Source: Glycera tridactyla (lineage: Eukaryota). Taken from it: 64,000 bases of DNA. Positions 49,801-61,800 of this stretch are shown one piece after another. Under the pieces are notes generated by a model. It did no database searches and was not told where the DNA came from. It saw nothing but the letters and a program-made list of their open reading frames with translations. The position numbers and the translations under genes were made by a program. The stretch is from assembly GCA_965644265.1 (NCBI GenBank), contig OZ286461.1:62186001-62250000 (forward strand), written 5' to 3'. Each line of letters opens with the position of its first letter. The stretch's first letter is position 1.

Positions 49801-52800
49801 CAGTTGTGCAAAGTGCTTGGAAATCATTGTGAGTCCTTGAAAGTGCTTGAATTTGATTGCTGTGATGAAATATGTGAAAAATCATGGAAGTGCTTGATTT
49901 CTGTACGAATATGACCAGAAAATCCCCGATTTGTCATATGCTGACAGAAACATGACTCACAAGCAGTTGGATCTCACAACAAGGGCACCCTCACTTAGCA
50001 ATATTGAATGGTAGAATTTTGCCTATATGTATGAAAACAAGAGGTTATTGTGATTTGTATTGCATCAAATCTCCTAGTAGATGATAAACATTGATGTAGG
50101 TCAATGTAGCGAATGAATTTTCTCAGAGTCAACTAATGTGTAGCGGCGATAATCAGAACTAATGATGGCTTTGAGCAGATTGATGCATGAAAAATTATTT
50201 CTTAGACACAGGTAGAGGGCTTGAAAAACTAGGCGAGTCCTTGAAAATTTCTTGAAGAGAGCTTGAATTTTTTTCTCAGAATTTCTGTATGACCTGGGAA
50301 AATAAGGATTGTCAAGCTCTCTGGGTGGTACTGGGCTGAGATAAGCCATAACAGTCAAACAAACAAGCTGACAACAATAGAAAACTCATGAAATTTTGGG
50401 TGTCATATGCCAGGTTTGAATCAATGCCAGAAACAGCATGTAGTCAATTTTGCTCAATGAGTGTTGTGTCATCTCTTAACTCATGATGTATGTTTCATTT
50501 CAGAATTTGATGTACTTAAAGAAGAACTGGGCCCATCACGAGATTCATCCATGCACCGAGGAATGTCATTGGATGTTTCCTACGATGAACAAGACATGAT
50601 GAAGGTGAGTGTAGTGCTTGTTTAATATCCGTCTATATCGTATTCAGTGGACAGTTCTAGACGATCTCAATGGTTGGCTTGCAGTATGATGCACACACTG
50701 TCAATTCTTGGTGATTCCACTTGGCAACTGTTGAGGCTTTTTGTCTCACCTCTTCTCTTCACTGCTTAATATGCTTGATATCTTGACTGTCATCAGCGTT
50801 TTCTTAGATGCAGGATACTTTCAAATGTGATCGTGAGCAGATTTTGTTCAGTGAATAGTTTTGGCAGTGTTTGTATTCCTATTTGCTCAAAATAACTCCC
50901 TCACATTATACAGCGTCTAGTTATAGCCTGGCCATTATTTGATTTTTTTCTCAAATTCACCCAATCGGTAATAGTTTTGTTAGCAGTATTCTTCTTTTGC
51001 TCAAATCATCCATTCACATCATACAGTGACTAGTTTTTGGCAGTCATCACTCCTATTCATCCAAATCAATTCATTCACATCACAGAGTGACCTGTTTTTG
51101 GCGAGCATTATCAATATTTTTACAAACCGACCCATTCATTTCATGACTGTGACTAGTTTTTGCAGTTTCTCCTATATGTCCCAAATTGATCGATTTTATC
51201 AGAGAGTGCCAGGTTTTGATGATATCATCATCATGAATTTATCAATCATCCCAACATTTTTGGTATTATTATTTTCATGAGGGTCACCTGACTGATTCGT
51301 GCCCTTACAAGAGAATGATCTGAACCAAATGACTTGATTATCACAGCATGATTTTAGTTGTCTATCTCGGGGAATATTGTTAATTCAATATGATCACTTC
51401 TTGCCCATGACTCTTTGCATGTCTACCTCTCAAGTTCATGGTTATTCTCGAAACTTGTTTTAAAGCAATCTCAAGTGTGCAACTCGGGGTGCAGTAGGTT
51501 GCATTAGCAAAGGTGTGGAAAATATCATCATTCTGTCTCGTTCTACTCTTATCTCCAAGCATCAAATGAGACCGAGAGGAAGAATAATCAATTGTAGACT
51601 AAAGTTTTTTTGACTTTTTACCATAAGATTTAATAACAGAACTGCTACTTCACTATGTAGCAAGACTTGATCACTACAAGTGATGTTTTCAACAATTCCA
51701 ACATAAGTTGATTTTATGGACTCAATTCTCTTATGGGACCAGTGCTGGTGTACTTGAAGAGGTGAATTGGTGTCTAAAAGCAGATAGCTTATAGGGTTGT
51801 TGATCTAAAATCACATAGATTTTCAATGAGCCAATGGTAGCCCTCTGTGTACTGGTTGCTAATTTGTTTTATTGCCATAATGACTTTTCAGTTTTTGATC
51901 AAATGCAGTTTTTGATCAATGGCAGCAAGACATCACCTCAATTCCTCATTAAATAGGAATGTGTACTGCAGATATTTCCTATTTCATCTTGCATCTTTGC
52001 CATCTGAATTAGGAATGAATTTGTGACACTGTGATTCACACATATGACGGACCCACTTGCAATCACTTCAGATATGAAGGTCATAGTTTTAAGAAAGATC
52101 AGAGAGTGTTTATTCAAGATTTAATGGTATGTAGATAAGTGACACCGTCATGCAGCTAGAATTTGATGGATGTGAATGTCCTGTAGTGGTTCGGAAATGA
52201 AATTTAACATAGACTGACTGCATCCCACACAATATCTCTGTTTCTAGCTTGATTGCAAGTCATGTCTAGCTGCTTGCTCACTGGTTTTCTTCAATCTCTG
52301 ACTGATTCTGCCCTTTGTTTTTGCATCCCGTGTTGTCACTCTAGGCATATGAAGATATAATAGAGGTGAGAGCCACGGTTATCAGCGTGGCGACGCAAGT
52401 TTGTCTGTGTGTCTTTCTTGTTGTCGCCCTCTTTCTACATTCCTGCCCACTCGTGACTTTGCTGGACTGAAACTTGTTATGTTTTGTTTAGGCGTTCTGA
52501 CTTGTTATATTTGTCAACTAATCCTCCGTGTAGAGATATGTGTATACCACCACCGTCACCACCACAAGCACCACCACAAGCAGCGCCACAACCATGCAAT
52601 GATAGCAAGAACAAATAATTGTCCTGGAGAAGCAAACTCTGCTTGATACTAATGCCGCAATCTCCTGACAAATGAATCATATGAGGATGGCCAGTTACAT
52701 AGTCAGCTATGCCATCATTGGGTCAAGTATGTTCATGTAGAGTAGGTAGAGGTGTGTCTGAAGTGTCAGCTACTTCCACTCAACAACCTTTCAGGTTCCC

Positions 52801-55800
52801 ATCATCTTGTGTTCATGGTTTGTGTAAGTGATGCCTGCAGGGGAAAGAACATCTAGCTTTCATTGACCAGGATGACCAGGAACATGGCATACATACTCCT
52901 CTGGGTTGATACATGCTGTTAAACCTCAAACAAAGAAACGTTATATGAGGTTAAAGGCAAAGTTAAATATCTGATCCAGATTACAGAGTGTGATATTGGA
53001 AATCAGGCAGGCACATGCTCTTGCTCTCATACCACACACAGAGTTTCATTAGCAACAAGATTGGATCATCGACTGCACTATGATATTCATTCTCATTTTG
53101 GTTGATACTCGACAATGATCGACAGCATTTTATACTCATTTGGAGTAGCCTCATTCATGTTGCTTCATTGGAAAGTTGCGTCTTGCATGATAGATACACA
53201 GTTGGAGATGGCTGCATATTTGTTTTCTTCCAATAATTAGGCATGTTTGATTTCGAATACGGACGTTGAATAGGTATTATTAGTTACCAGATTCTATCCT
53301 TTGATATTTTGCTGCATTGAATATCGATTATCTGTACAGAAAAAAGAATCCTATCAGCAAACAGCGTTAGATCTGTCGCTTTATGAATAGAGGTTAGGGG
53401 GAATGTTCTTTCCCAACTTCCCTCCCCCTCAAATTGTTTGGCAAGCCCAAAATTCAGGATTTGCTAGTATGCTCTACCCTTTAATTCAGAATATGTACAG
53501 TAGTTATCCGTGTTCTTGATTTTCATGCATACTGTCCAGATTAATTTTCAGATGCTTTTCACAACTATACTCAATGACCGCAAAATTCTAAATACCCCCA
53601 AATCTCAATATGGGGGATCAGCACCTTCCTTATCCCCAAATTCATCATTGGCTTTCACTCAGGCCCCCACTATTGAATGTAATATTCTGGACATGATGTG
53701 AAACTATTCACCAAAAAGACTCAAAACCAATATTTTCAGATGCTCATTCATGTGTTTCTGAAACGCTTTGTTCTCAGAGCCATTGTCTCTTCTAGAAATC
53801 ATTTTGCATGTTAGCCTTATCATTATCATTGAAGAAAGTACAGAGAGAACGACCCTCAAATTTTTTGGACTTTATTGAGTTATGTCAACTTCATCAAAAT
53901 AGATGGGTTATTTTCTCAGGAAGCACATTTTGCAAATATATTCCTAAGCTTAGACATTACTAGATCGCAATCTTGATTTTCATATCATCCATATATTCTC
54001 AGTGACACCTTTCTCAAAGGGGATGAAGGATTGATTTCTGCATCTTGTGGAAGTGTATCCATCTCTTACGATTTCTTCAGTAGTTCATGTAGAGATTGTG
54101 TAGCCAGAACCCATACTTGTGCAACATTCACAATTGATGTGGACATTTCAGGACATTGAAGGCTCTATGGAGATCTAATGACACAGTTCTTGTATAGAGA
54201 TACATCAGTTTGTCTCACAGACATGGGTTCTTGCTTTTTGTGCCGCAGAAGTGTCAATTTTTCGTATAATGTTGCACCTCCCTGTTGAATGTTGATTTAT
54301 TTCTGTTGATGGACTTTCTTGGCTGGTCAGAGGTTGATACTGCTCTTTTGATTTTTCATCAGCAATTCAAGACTATCCTCATATTTTTAGTGTCGTTTGC
54401 TGTCTTGTACAGCTCCTCTTCATTGGGAGGAATTTTGTGTTCTTTTCTCCAGTCATCAAATACATCCAATATTTGGATTATGTTTAGCTGGTTGAGAAGT
54501 GGTCCATGAAGTATAACAATTCAGGCAGTGTCGCCATGAGTTCTGAGTATATCCACAATTCACTTTATTCAAAAGCTTGAGAATCATTTGACCATATATG
54601 TGTTTGTTCTTCAAGGGATATCATGGATACACTCTGAGCCATTTCAAAGCTTACATCTTCACCATTCAGAGCAGGCTGTTCATGTAACTCTCTGTCTGAA
54701 GGCAGCTAGTCAAATCTGAGGTTGACTCAAGTTCTTCAGATCCGATTACAATATACACATCCACGAAGCTGGCAGGCAAGGTGCTTGGGTGGACATCTCA
54801 GTGCTTTGTCACAACCTGCACACATAAGCCTTAAAACACACCATTTGATTGCATGATCACAACATTCTCTGGCACAAAAGCTGGGTAGATTTCTCTTCCA
54901 TCTCATCTCATGAACTGTTCTTCATATTCATTACATTATCAGTTGGGATGAAAACTTTGTTGAGGTTATCCATGGCTTTTTGATGGTTTAAATAGCCCAC
55001 AGGTGATTTTTGGATCAGCCGATTTCAGGAAGCAATTGTGTTTCATCATTTTGATTCAGGTCTGTCAGTTGAATGGTTGGATTAGTGAAAGTCTGGATGG
55101 AATCGGCAATCCTAATCCAACCAGAGTTATGAGATGATCTACTACAAATCGTTGTATCTTGTCTTATGAATAAGTCATATTGTCTTTTGTATATGTTGGT
55201 TTTGCTGCAGTATTGGCTATTGAGTATTTCTTTAAAAAAAATGGTTGGATTCATGAATCGGCAGATTTCAGATGTACGTGCTTTTTTTTTGCTGGGTGTT
55301 CCCCCTCACTGTCATGGAGGATACACTTTATCTCACCCCCTGCCTCTCTGATGTCTGAATGTACTTTAGCCATGAAGGACATAACCATCCTCGTTCTGAG
55401 AATGAACATGTATATATATACCGTATGTCGAATTGTTTTGACAAATTAGAGTGAAAGTTGAACAAATGTTCAGCTGAAGGGAAAAGACCATCTGTGTAGC
55501 CTTGCAAGGAATAAGGTGACAGTTTGATACAGTTTTTTGCAGGAGTTTTTCATTCATTTTTCACATGTTTTCTTTGTGGTTTTTCATTCCAAAGAAGAAA
55601 CAAGAGAAGCCATCGGCCATTCCAGCTCATGTCATGGTAGTGTACAATTATTATATCCTGTGGGAATAAGCATCATTACCTGCCTGAAATTAATATTTTC
55701 ACATGCATTTGCTAATTCCATGTGCAAGAGTTAACTTATGCAAAACCCCCATCAGCTTAACAGTCCATTGTTATTTGACATTGTGCAGCGTTATATACCA

Positions 55801-58800
55801 CTGACAATTCATGGCCAGTTTTTGGAGTTTGGATGGTATAACGATTAAAATCCCATTGATATTGCATGAAATATTCCCACCCTGAATGCATTCTTGTTTT
55901 GTCACCTTGGCCATTCTGGTTCAAACAAAACAAGAATAAAGAAAGTCCCCACTTTTGTACATTATGGTTGCCAGCTCCATGTTAACTATGGCTTTGAACA
56001 TCACTAGCTAATGGTGGTTGGGTTGATTTATTGATTGATCACTTAAATATGATCGTTTCAGTGCATAGTGGGTGATATAATTTTTCATGTCGTTGAAGAT
56101 GAAAGACACTTGGTGGTTGGGTGTCACTCGCATGTTGGTCGCTTTTTTAATCAGTCGCATTCCTAGGTTAACCTTCTAGAATTTATTCCTCATAGGTGAA
56201 ATATTAGCAATCAAATATTGTGACATGTATTCCAGGAATTTGGACAATACCAGAACCTCTTTCATGGATACTGCTGAGATTTGCTTGCTCATTGAGTGAA
56301 TGTAATTTGAATATGAATTTAATACGACTATTGTATGGAAAATCAGACAAATTGGAAGGAGTGCATTTGAAGTGATATAGTTGCACGTTGAGACTACTCC
56401 ATATATCCACTGAAAAGAGGAAAGAAATCAGTGCACTTGGTCATTAGTGAAATCCCTGTCATTTGATGGTTAATAGGTATACTTCAACTGTTTTTTTGCT
56501 CTTATGTGAGGTATAATGGCAAAAATCCATGGACACAATCCAAGACACAATAACCAAATAATGGTTGCTTGCTCAGGGATTTCACAAGGCCTCTACTCCA
56601 ATGGAATCCTTACACAAGAATCAAAGGGTTGGTTATAGTGATTCATCCTTAGTCCATGGGGTTCTTGCTATACATCACACTGGTTTATGGAATTCCGATG
56701 GCTTTGAGCCTTGTGAAATTCCCTCTCTGTCTTTCTGTGTTGGGTTTTGTTGTTTCATTCTGAAACCGTGAATTCTTGCTTTATTGTACATCATATCCTT
56801 CATGGATAGTTGGTCTGATATCCTCGTCCAAATGTTGGTTTATGGGTACCGACTTTTTTGCTTCTGGTATTTGTTTCTCTGGTGAAGTGTGTTCACATTG
56901 AAATGCTTACTTCAGTGTCATGACTTCATGTGTACTGAAGTTGATGCATTATCACACCCTGGAATGAAATAAGTGGATTCAGGGCTTGTGTATTGTGAAA
57001 AACTAAGACAGAAAAAGAGAAATTTCCTCACAGATTGTGGCCTTCAGATAAGGGAAAAACTCACCTTCGAAGATGGCTGATGGGACCCCCCAAGAAAAAA
57101 TAAGAAAAAAAGAAAACAATAATAATTGGGGACAGTCCAGTTTCAGCTGCGATTTTACAGGTCCTGTGTATTCTGTCTCGATTATGTTTCAGTATAAGCT
57201 AATTTTTCTTGCAACCTTTTCAACCTCCTTGTATCAGATTGAAGATTACATTCAGCTGAAGGTCACTTGCAATAGTTTGCTGGATCTCATGGATTACCAA
57301 TAGTTCTGATAATTCTTATCATTTCCATTGATAAAGATGGCAGGCAGTTGGGACCTTGAATCCTCATTGGATGCTGGACTGCTGTATTGAAAGTTCTGAT
57401 TGATGAGTGTACATTCTTAGAAGGAAGGCTATATAGTTGGTGTCCTTGTGTGACCCCCTCCCTATCTTTCACCCCTTTCTTGATGGACTACAGCATGCTG
57501 ATCTGTCCCTACATCTGTTCTTCCCACCATTACTCATTTTCCTCAGTGTTACAGATCAAATCTGTGATCATGTGTATCATGAAATGTATCCCCTACTGTT
57601 CTGATATAGCTGTTTCCTGAAAGCAATTCCCCTATAATCAACTGTCTCGTTGTGTACATAGAAGGAAAATCATCTTGGTGTGATGGGTCTATGACTTGTG
57701 CGTTGATGTGAGTTTGTGTACTCGCCCTAGTTGATGTGCCTACTCTTTTCTCATCGATGTATCTGGGTATTAGCAATTGTTTTTGTGCAAGGGACCTTCT
57801 TGATATGTTGTTAAAATCGCACTCAGTGTTCTTGTCTTCTCATCAGCTACCACTCTTTGGTGGTTTTCACCGCAGTGATGAATGCCTCGCACAAAATGGA
57901 TGCATTTTTTTCTCGCAGTGTGAAGGAGGTGTATCGGAGTTGATAACTGTGTGGTTGTGGGACTGACTCGGCTGACTTTAGCATGCCACTCAAACATGCT
58001 TGTACTAAAACCCATGGGTTTCCCAGTGGAATGAAATCCTCAACGTTGCATGCTGTAGCTGGATTCTGCATGTGTGTTACGTATGATTTTGTTATCTGAT
58101 GTCCTCAGTCACATGCGGATCTTGACAAAACGCGAGGGCTCCATGTCATTTTCATTTCATGACCTACATATTTTTCTGCATTACCATCATGAGCATGTTT
58201 CTATTCATCTTCACAGATGAATGACGCATTTCATCATAGGTGATTAGTACCACATGTGACTGAGTGTATCAGATAATGAATATAGGAAGTGATGAAGTTT
58301 TTGTACCGGATGCCTGTGGCATCAGGTCAAAATGGCCGCTGGATGATGGATACTGTCACACCTGTTTTACATTTGATATAAATGTATGAAAATGAATGAA
58401 TACCGGGCATCCCCCAAAATGCCATTTATGAGGTCTTGGGTGTGACATACACAAAGTTTCATTCTCATTTCATGAAACATGATGATGTAACAAGAACAAT
58501 GGAAACAAGTTGAATGAATTTCTTGATCAGAGGTGTTGTCTGGTTTACTCTGTACCCATTTCGAAGTGCTTAGGTGCTCATGATTCTCAAGTCAGAAAAA
58601 TTGGAGGGGGGGGGGGGGGGGGGGTTGGCGAAGGTCATGCTTTGGATGTTTGTGCAAGTGCCTTTTTTCCTGGAATTAGCGAGAGGATGCAATCTGTGTA
58701 GAAATAAGTATGCTAAGTAGAAGATTATACATAGGCTCCAAGTAATCCCTGCTAATTCATGAAAATTGTGTCAGTGGTCAGTACCACATTCATTCATGTC

Positions 58801-61800
58801 ATACCAGAAGAAGATAAAAGCAAAATGCTTTTTAGATGGTGAGATATTTGAAGTTATATTGGACAATGGAATGACTGCTTTTGGTATTCATGTAAATTAT
58901 TTGGCAGAAACTGGAATCTTTAATCTGACATGATCAAATCGAGGGAAGTGTGAGCTCCATTTTTCTGGAATTCAATTTTATGACCTCGAGTTGTTGACAT
59001 TCTATGGTTGGGTCCCCTTGGAAATGGTGGTGGGCAAAGCAGGCTCATCTGTGGGAATAGTTTGATGATTCAGATGTATTATTGTGAATATTTTGAATTT
59101 AAATAGTGGCTTTTCTCGTTTGAATGTAGGAGTCTGAATCGGTTGAGGGATCAGCCAGCGAAGCCGGATCTATTGTCGATCAAGGAGAACAACCAAGAAT
59201 CGGTAAGTTATCCTCATTGAACACAATTTATCATCCAAGGATCAAAAAATAAAAAATAAAACTCAAAGCAGAAAATGTAGATGTTCCTCCTGGAATCCCC
59301 CTGGTTTGAAATGCTTTCTCTGAATGCTATCATTCATTCATTAGACTCTTTTAATTAATTGACTGCTTTCACAGTCAGTTCAATGCTACTTATATGAATG
59401 CAAATGCGAAAGCAGTTCACTTTCCTGATAATATTTATTTGAAGTTCGCTAATACTTTTCAATTCTGGACGTGCTGCTTTCTTGAATTTCCTGCAGTTGA
59501 TCTTGAGGGCCTTCACTCCAAATCTCACATGCTCTGTTCCCCGTTTGATTGGCTAACATCGAGCTGTTTCTCATATTGACTAATTATTCATACAAGCCAT
59601 GACTTGCCTGGATAATTCTCAACCAGGAATGAAAGTTTTCCCTCCTACCCAATTTGCATTTATGATTGGCTTTTGAAATGATTGGTACCATTTCATGGAA
59701 CTGAAGGCAGAATGAGAGAATAGAGAATCTAAGAAGACCAATCCAATTGAATTTCCGATGATAAGCTGGATGGTGCATTGCATTCTATCTGGCAAATCCT
59801 CACCCTTACTAAGTTTTCACTATGTACCAGTGATGTCCTGCTGAATACGTCTTGATGTATAATCCTCTTATCCACTCTGTAGCGAGACGATTGGTTATGC
59901 TACCGACAACTCAAAAGATCAAACAAACAAATCATTCTGAATCATGGCATTTTCATTGAGAAATATCCTGTTCTTATGGTTGTTGAATGGCCATGTTAAT
60001 TTTGATAAAAATTTATAAATTTTGAAAATCAACAAAGAAATTGAATTCTCATGTTGGTGGAATCTGACTAGATATTTTGAAAAGGATACTTCCCAGACCA
60101 TTGGGGGTATTCTCAGACATTCAGCCATATTAATCTCATCGGCATTACTGTTAGAGTAAATGACTTCTACAATTACCTCAAATTGTTGGCCTGTGACTAG
60201 GTGACAGTTGTTATGGTATCTTGCCTTGGTACCAACTCCATTTGCCCAATTGGATTTGTCCATTGTGCTGATTCTGTCTCTCATTCATATGCAATGTTTC
60301 ATGATGAGGTATCAACCTTTTGGAACGGGCTATTCACATTTAAGAGCCTCATTCTGCAGTTTGCGCTCGCTAAATGGCGTGAACACGTAATGGATGCATT
60401 ACCATGTAGCGTGTGATGTATGAGTTTAAAGCCGATCTTCATGGCAATGCTGCTCGGCCTCCCTCTACTATTGTCTTTGCTGTGCTTACCATGAGCTTTG
60501 TTGTCTTGTCACTCCGTGTGTATGAGATGTACTCAAGTTGGAATGATTGTCGTGGCTCTAGTCACAAGTATTTGTGCGAAACACATATATTATGTTTGCC
60601 AGTTACTCACCTTGATTGTACTTTAAACTTGATCACTAGCCTAATGAAATGTTTTTTTTTATCTGTAGGCTGCTGATTTTCATTTCTAATCAATTTTAGG
60701 TTTTTAAAAACTTGAGCTGACACTCGACTGTTGAGAGAATACTATCCATTAATAGCCAAAATTAAATTATAAAGAGATGGTTGTTAATTCTACCTCCTAT
60801 GTGCGCCTCCATTGCATGACTCTTCAGTCTAATCTGCTGTCATGTCCGGAAATTTCAGGATGATACAATGATATGCAGTGCATTCAAATTCCAAGTCATC
60901 CAATCACTGTGCTCATGCTTATATCAGTGAGATAAGTTCCATGCTGATTCTCATATTTATTGAGTTTTCATCCCTCATTTTTACCTGCAAACAGACAAAA
61001 ATTTGTTTCAAATGCAATCTTGGTTTGGCTTGGCCTGAGATGATTTGATTGTCAAAATTACCTCTTGATCAAAGCAGATTCAGACTTATGGAATTCAACC
61101 ATTCAAAATGACTCTGCATTTCAATATTTAGGAGCCTGTTCACTGAAGTAGTGCCCCAGATACATAAGCACGCCTCTCCTATAGTGGCCACTTTGATTTC
61201 ATTAGTCACATGGCTATGGCATTATCAAACTGGAATCAGGAAGGTCAGAAATTTCTTCTGATGTCTCAGGATAGTCATACTCATTAGTAACTGCTTTCAT
61301 CAAGGCTCTCTCAACTGATGTCCTGAAGACATCATCATTTCTGAAATGGCAGTAATTGCCATGGCGTGAATCATGATCATTTTTCATGCTATTGATTTAC
61401 AAAGTGCCCAGTTGATATTTCTTTCCCATTTGAATTTCCATTTACTGTGTTATTTGGATGGACTTTGCTGCATGATTATGATAAGAAGCAAACAAGATTC
61501 TGATACTAATGAAGTCAACTGATATTTTCATCACAGCAGTGGTGATGATGCCATGTTTAACAGATTTTTGTAAATCTCGTGAAGTGATTCTGACATGGCA
61601 TCTTAAGAATCATTTCCCATCCATGAAATGATTTTGAGGCATGGGCATTAATTGCAAGGCAATGATCTACTCAATGTTTGAGTTGCTTTTAATGGGACTA
61701 TTCACCACCATTCAAGTTACAAAGAATATGTCCGATTTGCAATTGATAATTTCTCTCTAGGAAATTCTTTCTATGGTTAGACATGAATCATTAGCGAACT

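Noticed and set aside
20378-58624. Poly-G runs as functional G-quadruplexes (20378, ~28399, 58603)
   Set aside because: Isolated homopolymer tracts deep in introns with no supporting context.
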